This document shows, in pieces, positions 32,830 to 44,262 of a stretch of 64,000 nucleotides of DNA. Position numbers and translations under genes: made by a program. The first letter of the stretch is position 1. The number at the start of each line of letters is the position of its first letter. Under the pieces are notes generated by a model. It searched no databases. It was not told the DNA's origin and saw only the letters and a list, made by a program, of their open reading frames with translations. The DNA comes from an uncultured delta proteobacterium (GTDB lineage: Bacteria; Desulfobacterota; RBG-13-43-22), in contig CAWDKY010000017.1 of assembly GCA_963802945.1 (NCBI GenBank), forward strand, positions 96,001 to 160,000, in the 5' to 3' direction.

Positions 32830-34057
32830 ATGAAACCATTCTTTCAGGTCAAAACCTCCCAAGAAATTTTTGAACTCATTAAGGTCTTTCCCCCTTTACC
32901 TGCCGAAAAAGTATTGCTATCAGAAGGTTTGAATCGGGTCTTAGCAGAAGACGTCATTTCTCCAGAGGACCTCCCCCATTTCCCAAGGGCGACCATGGAT
33001 GGTTATGCTGTACGGGCCAGGGATACCTTCGGGGCCTCGGAGGCTGTTCCGGCCCTACTGACCCTGTCCGGAGAGATTACCATGGGTCAGGAGGTGAAGG
33101 CCCCGGTTGAACCGAATCATTGTTTCCGTATTGCCACCGGCGGGATGGTTCCGCCTGGGGCCGACGCTGTGGTCATGATCGAGCACACTCAACAGCTTGA
33201 TTCGAGAACCATTGAGATATTCAAATCGGTTTCTCCTTTGGATTGTGTCATTCAAGTGGGGGAAGATATCAAAAAATCCGAGACTGTTTTGATTGCCGGG
33301 CAGAGGCTTCGCCCACAGGACTTGGGTCTCCTGGCCGGCCTGGGTGTGGTTGATATACCGGTTTACCGTCAACCCAAAGTGGCGATTATTTCCACCGGTG
33401 ATGAAATCGTGCCGGTAGAAGAGCAACCCCCACCTGGTTTTATCCGGGATATTAATGCCGTTACGCTACAGGCCCTGACCGTCGAGACCGGGGCCAAAAC
33501 GGAATTTTTTGGCCGCGTCCAGGATACTTTTGAGGAATTGAAGGCAGTTTGTCAAAGAGGGTTTGAGCAGTCCGATATGGTTCTGATTTCCGGAGGCAGC
33601 TCCATGGGGATGCGGGATTATACCTTAGAGGTTCATTCGGAGTTTTCCAGAATCGGAAATTCTGGCCCATGGCATTTCGATCAGTCCGGGAAAACCGACC
33701 ATCCTGGCCCGAGTCGGAAATAAGATCCTCTGGGGTCTGCCAGGTCATACCGTTTCAGCTATGATTGTCTTTGCCCTTTTCGTCAAACCCTGTTTGAAAC
33801 ATTTGGAAGGAGAAAAGGTCAGCAGACAAATACCCGGGGTCAAAGCCCGATTGACCCGGAATATTGCTTCGGCCCAGGGACGGGAGGAATATATACGAGT
33901 GGCTCTTAAAAAAGGGGAGGCAGGTTGGGAGGCCGTACCCGTCCTGGGAAAATCGGGACTTATCTCCACCATGGTCCGGGCCGACGGCTTGATTCGAATT
34001 GATCAGAATTGTGAAGGGCTGGAAAAGGGAGAGTGGGTGGAGGTACTTTTGTTCTAA
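32830..34057 (+). CDS. moeA: Molybdopterin molybdotransferase (indel near 33630)
   Basis: ATMDGYAV, IATGG, STGDE and ISGGSS; the other frame supplies PGKPT..LPG. Confidence 0.92.
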
Positions 34058-34304
34058 TAGGGAAAAACGAATGTCGAACACCGAATTTCGAATCATGAAT
34101 GGATTTTTTATCCATACTTCAACATTCCTTATTCGATATTCGAAATTCGAAATTTTCATGATTCATGGTGCCCTATAGGGGCATGAGGGATAAAAGAGAA
34201 AGATTCCAGGGTTCGAGGGTTATTACTTCCATGCCTTCCCATCCGCTCTGCGGTCCTTGAATCCTTGACCCCTCGACCTCTTGAATCCTTTATTGAGGAG
34301 TTTT

Positions 34305-36225
34305 ATGAAACGAAAAATATATTTGCACATGAAATCCTTGGAAGAGGCCCGGGAACTCTTTTTGAATTGTCTGGACTATGGCCGGATGTTGACCGGGGAA
34401 CGAATATCCACAGTGGAAGGCATGGGGCGCATCCTGGCTGAGCCGGTCTTTGCCCGGTTTTCTTCACCTAATTTTCACGCCGCGGCCATGGACGGTATTG
34501 CTGTTTTGGCTGAAGATTCTTTTGGAGCAAGCATTGACCAACCCAAACAATTTCGGATCGGGAAACAGGCCTTTTGGATCAACACCGGTCAGCCAATGCC
34601 TGCGGGAACTAATGCCGTCATCATGGTCGAGCAGATCAATCTGATCGAAGAAGATCTGGCGGAGATCCAGGCGGCGGCCTTTCCCTGGCAATATGTGCGC
34701 AAGATGGGGGAAGACCTGGTGGCTACCGAACTTCTCCTGCCCCAGGGGCACCGCATAACCGCTTATGATTTGGGGGCCTTGATCGCCGGGGGAGTTTTTG
34801 AACTTCCGGTGATCCAAAAACCAAAAGTGGTGCTGATCCCAACCGGGTCCGAGCTGATCGAATGGCAGGAAATGGCCAAATCATTGCCCCCCGGAAAGGT
34901 CCCTGAATATAATACCCTGATCCTTTCCGGACTGGTACATGAATGCGGGGGAGAGCCGGTTCGCTGGCCCATCACCCGAGATAAAAAAGAATTGATCCAG
35001 GGAACCCTGGCCAAGGCAGTGGACTCAGATTGTCAAATGGTCATCATCAACGCCGGTTCTTCTTCCGGCAGTGAGGATTACAGCCTGACGGCCATTGAAG
35101 GTCTGGGAGAAGTCCTGGTCCATGGCGTGACCATCATGCCCGGAAAACCTACCATCCTGGGAATCATTCAGGGCAAGCCGGTGATCGGAAATCCCGGCTA
35201 TCCGGTATCGGCCACCATATCCTTTGAACAATTCGCCCGTCCGGTGCTTTTTAAGATGCAGGGCATCGCGGCACCGGATCGGAAAAAGGTTCCGGTCTAT
35301 CCGGCCCGGGCTTTTCCTTCTAAACTGGGGCAAGAGGAATTTCTCAGGGTCAATCTGGGCCGGGTGGGGGATAAGATCATTGCCAATCCATTACCTCGCG
35401 GGGCCGGGACCATTACTTCTTTGACCCGTGCCGATGGCATTATTCGCATTCCCATGAATTCGGAAGGCATTAACTGGGAGGAGCCGGTTCTGGCCGAACT
35501 CCTGCGGGAGGAAACAATCCTTGCCCACACCGTGGTCATTGTCGGCAGTCATGACAATACATTGGACCTACTGGGGAATTTTTTATCCAGACAATATCCG
35601 AAATTTCGTCTGACCTCCAGCAATGTGGGCAGTACCGGGGGCTTGATGGCCCTGAAGCGGGGGATTGCCCATGTGGCCGGTTCTCATTTGCTGGATCCCG
35701 AAACCGGCGGGATATAATATCACCTATATCCGGCGTTTGATCCCGGATGTGCCGGTCAAGGGCGTCAATCTGGTATTGCGTCAGCAGGGATTGATTCTGG
35801 CCAAAGGGAATCCCAAAAAGATAATCGGCCTGGAAGATATGGCTCGAAAGGATGTGGCCTTCATCAATCGACAGGCCGGGTCTGGGACCCGTATTCTACT
35901 GGATTTTCGATTGAAGGAATTGGAGCTTGATCCGTCCGATATTCGCGGTTATGAGGAAGAAGAATTCACCCATATGGCTGTAGCCGTGGCCGTCCTGAGC
36001 GGACGGGCTGATGCGGGCCTGGGGATTTATGCCGCAGCCCGGGCCTTGGATCTGGATTTTATCCCGGTGGTTCAGGAGGAATATGATCTGGTCATTCCTG
36101 ACAAATATTATGAAGAGGAAAAAATTCAAGCCTTGTTATCGGTCATCCGGTCAGCCAATTTTCAAGAGGCCGCGAAGGCCCTGGGAGGCTATGACCTTTC
36201 TTTAACCGGGAAAATCATTTTTTAA
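34305..36225 (+). CDS. MoeA fused to a C-terminal substrate-binding (PBP) domain (indel near 35712)
   Basis: AMDGIAV, PGKPT, GNPGYP, then GSHD, GSTGG, NRQAGSGTR and EEYDL. Confidence 0.9.
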
Positions 36226-36259
36226 TTCTAAAGAGAATGCCCCTCTTTTGGGATTGGCT

Positions 36260-36841
36260 TTAACTAACTGGAGACGGAGTGGTTGCCTTGCGGCCAAGTT
36301 CAAAGGCCTCACGCTTGGCTGCTTTGTTCCCGGCAATTTCACCTTTATCCGTGGCTGAGGCCATAACGGTTCCGATCCAGCGGAGTTTGGTGAAGTCCGC
36401 AGTGTTTTTAAAGGAATGAACGATAGGGTCGGCCGTATGTACGTTCGTATCTCCGCAGACCGTGATCAGCCCGATGCGTTTTCCCTTCACTCGGGGATAG
36501 TAAGCCTTATGCCATCTCCACTGGGCGTCGAAAAAAGCGCACCACCTGTCCAGATAGGCTTTCATTTGGGAGGTCATGGACCAAAAATAAACGGGTACAC
36601 TGTGGATAACCGCATCCGCCTCCAGAATTTTCTTGTGGATTTCAGGCATGTCGTCCTTAAGGACGCAGAGGCCCGTTTCGTTACACTTCTTGCAATCATG
36701 GCAGCCTAAAATTTTTTTCTGATTGAGAATAATCTTTTCCACCTCCGCACCGGCATCCCTGGCCCCGGCCAGGGCCTGATCTAAAAGTATATCGCTATTA
36801 CCCCCGATGCGTGGACTCCCCAAAATACCCAGAATTTTCAT
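36260..36841 (-). CDS. Iron-sulfur flavoprotein / multimeric flavodoxin family
   Basis: GSPRIGGNS, CxxCxxCxxxxxC and PVYF. Confidence 0.88.
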   Translation of the reverse strand: MKILGILGSPRIGGNSDILLDQALAGARDAGAEVEKIILNQKKILGCHDCKKCNETGLCVLKDDMPEIHKKILEADAVIHSVPVYFWSMTSQMKAYLDRWCAFFDAQWRWHKAYYPRVKGKRIGLITVCGDTNVHTADPIVHSFKNTADFTKLRWIGTVMASATDKGEIAGNKAAKREAFELGRKATTPSPVS

Positions 36842-37067
36842 TTTCGTCCTCCTGATTTTTTCATCTTTGTATTAGGTTAGCAAAAAACGGCCGGGAAGGG
36901 AAGACGGCAAGTAATTTTTTTAGATGAAAAAATGAATCGGTGCCTGGACCTGTTTCGGGTTGACACACCCTTTTAAAAACTGGTAATCTTAAAAAAGATT
37001 TTTCTAAAGATAAAGACTGAACATCTTGTCATAAGTATCCAAATTAGAAGAAGGAGACCAGAGCCCT

Positions 37068-37985
37068 ATGAAAGCAGCAATATATCATGGCATTCGTGAT
37101 TTGCGGGTTGAAGAAGTCCCCGAACCAATGTCCAAATCGGGGGAGATAAAGGTTAAGATTAAATACTGCGGGATTTGCGGATCGGATTTACATGAATATC
37201 TGCATGGTCCATTCCCCCAGAGTCCTTTCGGCCATGAGGCCTGCGGTCAGATCGTTGAAATAGGACCAGGGGTGAGCGGATTTCAGAAAGGTGATCAGGT
37301 TCTGGCCTTTCAAAAAGGGGCCTACGCCGAATACCTCGTGTTAGAGCAGGAAAGGGTGATCAAAAAACCCGACAACATGACTTGGGAACGGGCGGCAGTG
37401 GTCGAGCCGTTGTCCGGTGCCGCTTATGCTATTGAAAGAGGTGGCGTCCTGCCTGGTGACACTGTTCTCATTGCCGGAGCCGGGCCGGTGGGCCTTATGG
37501 CCTTGCTGGGTCTCAAAGCTATTGGAGTGGAAAAAATTTACCAGACGGATATTTCGGAAACCCGAAGAAAAAAAGCCGAAGAAATGGGGGCCACCCTGGT
37601 CCTGAATCCTCTGACAGAAAAAATTCCAGCAAAAATGAAAGAACTTTCGGTCGGAAGGGGGGTGGATGTGGCCATCGAGGCCGTGGGTATCGAGGCCACT
37701 TTGAAGGATTGTCTGGCTTCCGTACGCTATCAGGGAAAAGTGATTGTTCAGGGGATTTTTACTGACCGGATTCCCGTGCATATGCTTGGATTCGTGACCC
37801 GGGAAACGTCCATGATCGGTACAAACTCTATCAATGCCTCTTTGGCCATGTCTTGGATCGAGACTCAAGGGATCAGGCCGGAGCTAATCATAACAAAAAT
37901 TTTGCCCTTAGATCAGACCGCTGAGGGATTTGAACTGCTGACCCAAAAGACCAAGGAGCAGATTAAGATTTTGATTGAACCTTAG
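37068..37985 (+). CDS. Zinc-dependent medium-chain alcohol dehydrogenase
   Basis: CGICGSDLH, GHE and GAGPVG; the structural-Zn loop is absent. Confidence 0.9.
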   Translation: MKAAIYHGIRDLRVEEVPEPMSKSGEIKVKIKYCGICGSDLHEYLHGPFPQSPFGHEACGQIVEIGPGVSGFQKGDQVLAFQKGAYAEYLVLEQERVIKKPDNMTWERAAVVEPLSGAAYAIERGGVLPGDTVLIAGAGPVGLMALLGLKAIGVEKIYQTDISETRRKKAEEMGATLVLNPLTEKIPAKMKELSVGRGVDVAIEAVGIEATLKDCLASVRYQGKVIVQGIFTDRIPVHMLGFVTRETSMIGTNSINASLAMSWIETQGIRPELIITKILPLDQTAEGFELLTQKTKEQIKILIEP

Positions 37986-38045
37986 TTCAAAGAGACGTTG
38001 ATTAGTTTTGATAGATTACTAAGAAGTCGTTAACATAGAATTCAT

Positions 38046-38288
38046 GTCATTCCGGAGAAGAGACTGTGTCGTAATTATATTTTTGTCATTCCGTGCAAGC
38101 GAAGCGCGACACGGAATCCAGTATTTTCATTAAGTTCTGGATGTCGGCTTTCGCCGGCATGACGGCTTTGATGGCGCTGTCCGCTATTACGACACAGTCT
38201 CGAAAGCCGGAATCCAGTGTTTTTAGTTTAGACATATACTGGACCCCGGTTGGAGTTTATCCCGCACTTGATGCGGGGCCGGGGTGAC
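38046..38288. repeat. REP doublet interrupted by a 142-bp MITE (38060-38201)
   Basis: TIR gagactgtgtcgtaat / attacgacacagtctc, flanked by GAA on both sides. Confidence 0.85.
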
Positions 38289-38350
38289 GACTTGTTATGA
38301 ACTTTTCTATTTTCAATATTCAAGTTGCCCCTCGTCAACAAGCAGGGGTA

Positions 38351-40087
38351 TCAAGTTATTCTGCCAGTATATCTGTTCGTAATCGGCAGGCGCCAGTCCT
38401 TGCCGAAGGCCCGGGAGGTGATTTTGATGCCCGGCGGGCTTTGACGGCGTTTGTATTCGTTACGATCCACCATCCGGATCACCCTTTGGACCATTTCCCG
38501 GTCGAATCCTCGCTGGATGATTTCATCCACTGAACAACTTTCCTCCACATAGGCCGTCAGGATAGGATCCAACTGTTCATAGAGGGGCAGGGAATCCGAA
38601 TCTTTTTGATCGGGACGCAGTTCGGCCGAAGGGGGCTTTTCCAAAACACTTTGGGGAATAAGCTCCTTTTCCTGACGTTGATTGAGATAACGGCACAAAG
38701 AATAGACCAAGGTTTTGGGCACATCCTTCAATACCGCAAATCCACCGGCCGTGTCTCCATAGAGAGTGGAATAGCCCACACCGGTTTCGCTTTTGTTGCC
38801 CGTGGTCAAAACCAGCCAGCCGAATTTATTGGACAGGGCCATGAGCAAGGTCCCGCGGATCCTGGGCTGGAGGTTCTCTTCTGTCAGATCTTCAGACACC
38901 TCTTTGAAATGGGGTTTCAAAATTTCCAAATAGGATTGAAAAACTTTTTCGATAGGAATGTTTAGGAAATGGATCCCCAAATTTCCGGATAACAGTTCGG
39001 CATCCTTCAGACTGTGATCGGAAGAATAACGGGTGGGCATGGCAATACCGTAAACCTGGTCCGCGCCCAACGCATCGGCAGCAATGGCCGCGGTCAAGGA
39101 ACTGTCAATACCACCGGAAAGACCGACCACCACTTTTCTGAACCCGTTTTTCCGGCAATAGTCTCCGGTGCCGAGCACCAGGGCCTGATAGACTTCGGCC
39201 TCCGGTGAAAGGGGTACTGCTTTTTGAGGAGAAACCGGTTTTGTTTTTTTGGGGGGTTGGGTTTTTGGGATTTTAATTTCCTGAATACCCAGCCCTTCCT
39301 CCTTAACCTCTTTGCGCCGGCGAGGATCAAATAGTCGCCAGCGTAAAACTTCCTTCAGGTCCAGATCGGCGACTAAAAAATCTTCCACGAACTGACCGGC
39401 TCTGGCAATCATTTCACCTTGAGGATCAAAGATCATGCTCTGGCCGTCAAAGATCAACTCGTCCTGGCCGCCCACCAGATTGCAGTAGGCCAGATAAGCG
39501 CGATTATCAGCCGCTCGTGTTGAGAGCATCCTCTCCCGGTCCTGGCCCTTTCCCAAGATAATAAGGGGAAGAGGAAATATTGATCAGTATTTGGGCTCCT
39601 CCTTGAGCGGCTTGTGATTGAGGAGGACCGTTAGGGTACCAGATGTCTTCACAGATACTGATCCCGATCAGGGTTTTATCAAAACGGAAAACCGGGTTTT
39701 TTTTACCGGCCTGAAAATAGCGGTTTTCGTCAAAGACGCCATAGTTGGGCAAGAAATGTTTGGCATAAACCCCTATGAATTGCCCGTCGGACAATACGGC
39801 CGCCCCGTTGTAGAGGTCATCTTCCATCCATAGACAGCCAATAACGGCCACCAAGTCCTTTGGTTGGCCGGGACCAGTTCGGTCAGAATTCCCTGGGCCG
39901 ATTCCACAAAGTCCGGTTTAAGCAGAAGGTCTTCCGGCGGGTAGCCGGTAATGGCCAGTTCCGGGAAGGCCACCACCTGAACCCCAGCCTGGCGGGCCTT
40001 TTCCAGGCCTTCCATGATTTTGTTGCGGTTGCCGGACAAATCTCCCACGGTGGCATTGATTTGGGCCAAGGCAATGCGAAGAGTCAT
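38351..40087 (-). CDS. nadE: Glutamine-dependent NAD+ synthetase (two indels)
   Basis: FPEL..TGYPPED, ICEDIW, LSGGIDS, TGNKSE and [10 protein letters not shown]. Confidence 0.95.
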
Positions 40088-40149
40088 GATTTTTCTTCCT
40101 TATAGTAATACCTTCGATTGTTGAAAGCTAATTTTCGAACTCTTTGTCT

Positions 40150-40869
40150 TTAAGTTATTTTCTTTTTACCATAAGGGCATACTCGAATGCAAACTCCACA
40201 GATCCTTGTGCCGATACCGGAAAGATTTTTAAATTCGATCAATTTTTGGTAACATTTTTCTAAATCCAAAGCGGCCTCCCTGGATTCATAAAAACTGTCG
40301 GTCGAGGTATTTTTTATAGCCGAGGCTGGACAGGCCTGGACACATTCCAGGCATTGGCCGCATCGGTTTTTTATCGGCCGGTCCGGGGTCAGAGGCATGT
40401 CGGTTAAAACGGTAACCAGCCTGACCCTTGGGCCGTATTCTGGATTGATCAAAAGGAGGCTCTTTCCCTGCCACCCCAATCCGGCCATCCTGGCCACAGC
40501 TTTATGGGAGATACTGCCCAGGAGGGAGGTTTCATTCACCGTTTCAGCGGCCGGGATGGCCGTCACCCGGAATCCTTTTTCCTTGACCCATTGGACAACC
40601 TGAGCGGAAATTGTGTCCAGCGATGTATTGACATTTCTATAGTGTTGGGCATATTCAGGTGTCGGCCTATCCACAATATCCTCGATGACTTCATCTTTTA
40701 ACCGAACCCCTATAGATAGGCCATGGCAATAAGATTCTATCAGGTTTTCGGGGAAAAGGGGCAGTCCTTTTCGGAGCGGGTCCAGATTGGCCACTCCGAT
40801 CAAATCAGCGCCAAGACTTCTGGTAAAAGTTTTAAGGTCTGAAGTAGTGTCTATAAATTTATTTTTCAA
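40150..40869 (-). CDS. Epoxyqueuosine reductase (QueG)-like 4Fe-4S protein
   Basis: SHKAVARMAGLGWQGKS, YGPRVRL, CGQCLECVQACP and CGVCIRVCP. Confidence 0.82.
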   Translation of the reverse strand: MKNKFIDTTSDLKTFTRSLGADLIGVANLDPLRKGLPLFPENLIESYCHGLSIGVRLKDEVIEDIVDRPTPEYAQHYRNVNTSLDTISAQVVQWVKEKGFRVTAIPAAETVNETSLLGSISHKAVARMAGLGWQGKSLLLINPEYGPRVRLVTVLTDMPLTPDRPIKNRCGQCLECVQACPASAIKNTSTDSFYESREAALDLEKCYQKLIEFKNLSGIGTRICGVCIRVCPYGKKKIT

Positions 40870-40896
40870 AATAGCCTTTCATGAAAGTCGCGAGAC

Positions 40897-41068
40897 GTCA
40901 TTCCGGCGGAGAGGCTGTGTCGTAATTCCATTTTTGTCATTCCGTGCAAGCGAAGCGCGACACGGAACCCAGTATTTTCATTAAGTTCTGGATGCCGGCT
41001 TTCGCCGGCATGACGGCCTTGATGGGGCAATCTGCAATTGTGACACAACCTCGGAAGCCGGAATCCAG
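40897..41068. repeat. REP palindrome interrupted by a second copy of the 142-bp MITE (40911-41052)
   Basis: TIR gaggctgtgtcgtaat / attgtgacacaacctc, flanked by GGA on both sides. Confidence 0.85.
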
Positions 41069-41071
41069 GCC

Positions 41072-42250
41072 TCAATACATCATATCCTTTAACAACGCTC
41101 CCAACCGTTTTATGCCCTTCCTAATGGTTTCTTCATCGACGCTGGAAAAATTTAATCGCAAGGTATTGACCTCTTTTTTATTGATATAGAAAGGGTCGCC
41201 GGGCACAAAAGCCACCTTCTTGTTGATCGCCTCATTAAAGACCTCCATGGCCGACAACCCTTCCGGCAGGGTAATCCAGAGGAACATCCCTCCTTCCGGT
41301 TGGGTATACTGGGTTTCTTCTGGAAAGTATTCTCTGATGGCCGACACCATGGCATCTCTTTGCCTTCCATAGGCTTGCCTGATTTTGGCGATATGTTCAT
41401 TGATATCATTATCCTTCAAATATTGCATAATGATTCTCTGGCCGAAATAGTTGGTATGGAGGTCAGAGGCCTGTTTGGCGATGATAAGCTTGTCCATAAT
41501 TTCGTCCTTGGCCACAATCCAGCCGATCCTGAAAGACGGCACGACAATCTTGGAAAAAGATCCCAACAGGACCGTATTTTCCGGAATGAGTTGGTAGAAA
41601 GAGGGTTGGTCTTTTCCTAAAAACCGCAGCTCCCCATAAGGATCGTCTTCAATAAGGATCGTTTTTTTGTCTTTCAATATACGGGCAATTTCCTTGCGAT
41701 TTGGCTCCGAATAACTGATCCCGGAAGGATTTTGAAAGTTCGGAACACCATACATTAACTTGATCGGGTGTTGGGTTGTTGTCTGCTCAAGCAGGTCGGT
41801 GACCATCCCTTCCGGGGTCACCGGTATCGGGAAAAACGTGGCCCGGTAAATGGAAAAGGCCTGAATGGCGCCGAGGTACCCCGGTTCTTCGATAACGACC
41901 TTGTCTCCCTCGTTGAGAAAGGTCTTGCCGAGAAGATCGAGCCCCTGCTGGGAGCCGGTAGTAATCAGGACATTATCGGCCTGGACCGTAATATGTTTTG
42001 ACTTATACCGGTTAACAATCCATTCCCGTAATTCTTCAAAGCCTTCAGAGGTGCTGTACTGGAGCGCATCCTTACCGGCGGTTTCCAGCACCTTTTGAGT
42101 GGCCGCCTTTATTTCCTCCAAAGGAAACAGATCCCGGCTCGGCAATCCGCCGGCAAAGGAAATAACGGATTCGTCTATGGTAAACTTCAAAATTTCTCTG
42201 ATAAACGACCTAGGGACATCGGAAATCCGGTCTGAAAAGATATTGCCCAT
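41072..42250 (-). CDS. PLP-dependent class I/II aminotransferase (LysN/ARO8-like)
   Basis: SFAGGLP, GSQQGLD, NFQNPSG, EDDPY and SFSK. Confidence 0.92.
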   Translation of the reverse strand: MGNIFSDRISDVPRSFIREILKFTIDESVISFAGGLPSRDLFPLEEIKAATQKVLETAGKDALQYSTSEGFEELREWIVNRYKSKHITVQADNVLITTGSQQGLDLLGKTFLNEGDKVVIEEPGYLGAIQAFSIYRATFFPIPVTPEGMVTDLLEQTTTQHPIKLMYGVPNFQNPSGISYSEPNRKEIARILKDKKTILIEDDPYGELRFLGKDQPSFYQLIPENTVLLGSFSKIVVPSFRIGWIVAKDEIMDKLIIAKQASDLHTNYFGQRIIMQYLKDNDINEHIAKIRQAYGRQRDAMVSAIREYFPEETQYTQPEGGMFLWITLPEGLSAMEVFNEAINKKVAFVPGDPFYINKKEVNTLRLNFSSVDEETIRKGIKRLGALLKDMMY

Positions 42251-42339
42251 CTGGTTTTATCCTTTATATCTGTGTGGGTCAGTAGATGATGCTAGCTTAT
42301 TTTTTAAATTTGAAAGTTTGTTAATAAGCTCTTAGGGCC

Positions 42340-42403
42340 GTCACCCCGGCGAAAGCCGGGAACAATACAAGAGAACCTAGATTCCAGCTTTCGCCGGAAT
42401 GAC
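42340..42403. repeat. REP doublet
   Basis: gtcaccccggcgaaagccggg ... gattccagctttcgccggaatgac. Confidence 0.75.
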
Positions 42404-42442
42404 AAACATAGATCTACTATTTCCTTTTTTGAATTTCATCAT

Positions 42443-43636
42443 TTATGAAGCCCCACAAAAACCAATAATTGTCTCGGCTACTATTTTAGTAAGGGTTATG
42501 ACCGACTCGAAATCCACGTATTCCGTGGCGGCATGAAACCCCTCCCCGCCGGGGCCGATAATAACCGTCGGTATACCTGCTGCCGTCATGATGGCCGAAT
42601 CCATCCATCCGCTTACGCCGATAAATTCCGGAGCTTGTTTTACGACTTTGGAGTATGCTTTAGCCAAAGCGCCGACTACTAAATGATCCCGAGAAACTTC
42701 GAGGGGAGGCCGGTAAAAAGAGACCTCGAAGCTGGCTTTAAATTGTTCATCTTCCGTACCGATATTTTCGAGCAGGGTTCTCATTTCTTCTTTCACTGTT
42801 TCAACGGATTCTCCCGGTATGGTCCTTCTTTCTAATTCGATCAGACAATAATCAGGATAAGTGCTGAGTTCGGTTCCTCCTTTGATCAGGGAGGCATGGA
42901 TGGAGGGTGAACCCAGCAAGGGATGTTTTTTTTGCACCAAAATGTTATTTCCGAGATTTTCTATTCGGCCTAAAAATTTTCCTGCCTTGACAACGGCATC
43001 AATGCCTTTATCCGGCCGGCTTCCGTGGGCGGCCTTACCGAAAACTTCAACTTTAATCCAGGCGAAACCCTTATGGGCGATACAAACCTTTAAATGGGTT
43101 GGTTCACAGATGATGGCGGCGTCGGCAGAGAAGTCCTTAATCAACATTTCCGTGCCAATACTCAGGTATTCCTCATCGGCTACAAAGGCCAGAATCACAT
43201 CCCCTTTGGGTTTCAGGCCCGCATCCCTAATGGATTTAACGGCGGTCAGCATGGCCCCTAAGCCACTTTTCATGTCAAAGCTGCCTCTTCCGTAAACCTT
43301 GCCGTCTTTAAATACAGGGTTTAAGGGTTCAATGTTCATCCCGGATATGCCGACGGTGTCTGTGTGCCCATTCAGCATGATGGATCTGCCTTCACCGCTG
43401 CCTTTAAGCACACCGATCACATTGACTCGCTTCGGTTTTATTTCCTGATAATGGACCTCCAGACCCATCTTGCTTAAATAATTTCCTAGGTGTTCGGCAA
43501 TCAGGTACTCACCGTTTCCCATACCGGCCAGTTCAGGATTAATTGATTCAATGCGGATCAAATCCTGCACAACCCTTAACAGCTCTTTTTCATCAATAGA
43601 AATATTGCTCAACTCCAAACCCTTTCTAAAATTCAT
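42443..43636 (-). CDS. M20 family ArgE/DapE-like deacylase
   Basis: NGHTDTV, GRGSFDMKSG, DEE, CEPT and AHGS. Confidence 0.9.
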   Translation of the reverse strand: MNFRKGLELSNISIDEKELLRVVQDLIRIESINPELAGMGNGEYLIAEHLGNYLSKMGLEVHYQEIKPKRVNVIGVLKGSGEGRSIMLNGHTDTVGISGMNIEPLNPVFKDGKVYGRGSFDMKSGLGAMLTAVKSIRDAGLKPKGDVILAFVADEEYLSIGTEMLIKDFSADAAIICEPTHLKVCIAHKGFAWIKVEVFGKAAHGSRPDKGIDAVVKAGKFLGRIENLGNNILVQKKHPLLGSPSIHASLIKGGTELSTYPDYCLIELERRTIPGESVETVKEEMRTLLENIGTEDEQFKASFEVSFYRPPLEVSRDHLVVGALAKAYSKVVKQAPEFIGVSGWMDSAIMTAAGIPTVIIGPGGEGFHAATEYVDFESVITLTKIVAETIIGFCGAS

Positions 43637-43673
43637 CAGGTCTTGTCCGACCCCATGTTGAGATGTTGGAAGT

Positions 43674-44150
43674 TCAATTATTTTCCTGGATTTCTTTCAA
43701 TCTGGTTTCAAAGTGCTCCAGATGTTCTTTGAAATGCCTCAGATAATCGGTCAGCAATTCTTCCAGAGAAAAAACCCGTTCGCCAAACCGATCGCCTCCG
43801 AACCAGCGGTTTTTCAAACAATCCGGATTCACATTTTCAATCAGATGGGACAAGTAACGATTATAATATTCGAACAAATTCAAAATGTCGAGCCACCCGA
43901 GCAGATTCCATTTTTCTGCTGCCAGCCATTTTTCATTTTCATAAGACGGGAAATGCAATTTGTTAGCCAGTTGTAATCGGGTAATTCGTTGGTGATTATT
44001 AGAGGCCGAATCAATCAAATGACCGATAATCTCTTTTAAAGTCCACTTGGATTCATCGAGTTTTATTGTCGTTATTGCTTCGGTCAATTGCCGATGCTGG
44101 TCAACGAAGTCACAGGCCAGTTGTTTAAGTGAAGCAGCGATCATTTTCAT
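43674..44150 (-). CDS. DinB family protein
   Basis: KWTLKEIIGHLIDSASNNHQR and DYLRHFKEH. Confidence 0.82.
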   Translation of the reverse strand: MKMIAASLKQLACDFVDQHRQLTEAITTIKLDESKWTLKEIIGHLIDSASNNHQRITRLQLANKLHFPSYENEKWLAAEKWNLLGWLDILNLFEYYNRYLSHLIENVNPDCLKNRWFGGDRFGERVFSLEELLTDYLRHFKEHLEHFETRLKEIQENN

Positions 44151-44262
44151 GCTTCTATCCTTTTCCTTCCAAGCTCAATCCCTCTTCCCGTTGTATCCCT
44201 AATACAGGGGATCTATTTATTGACAAAAAGGATGTCATTAGAACCGTCCTTTAATACTTGTC

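Noticed and set aside
28341-40869. Reductive dehalogenase call for the QueG-like proteins
   Set aside because: They are too short, lack a Tat signal and have no membrane-anchor gene beside them
38093-41189. Near-identical small ORFs MQAKRDTE... (38093-38287 and 40944-41189) as a peptide family
   Set aside because: They are translations of the MITE/REP repeat
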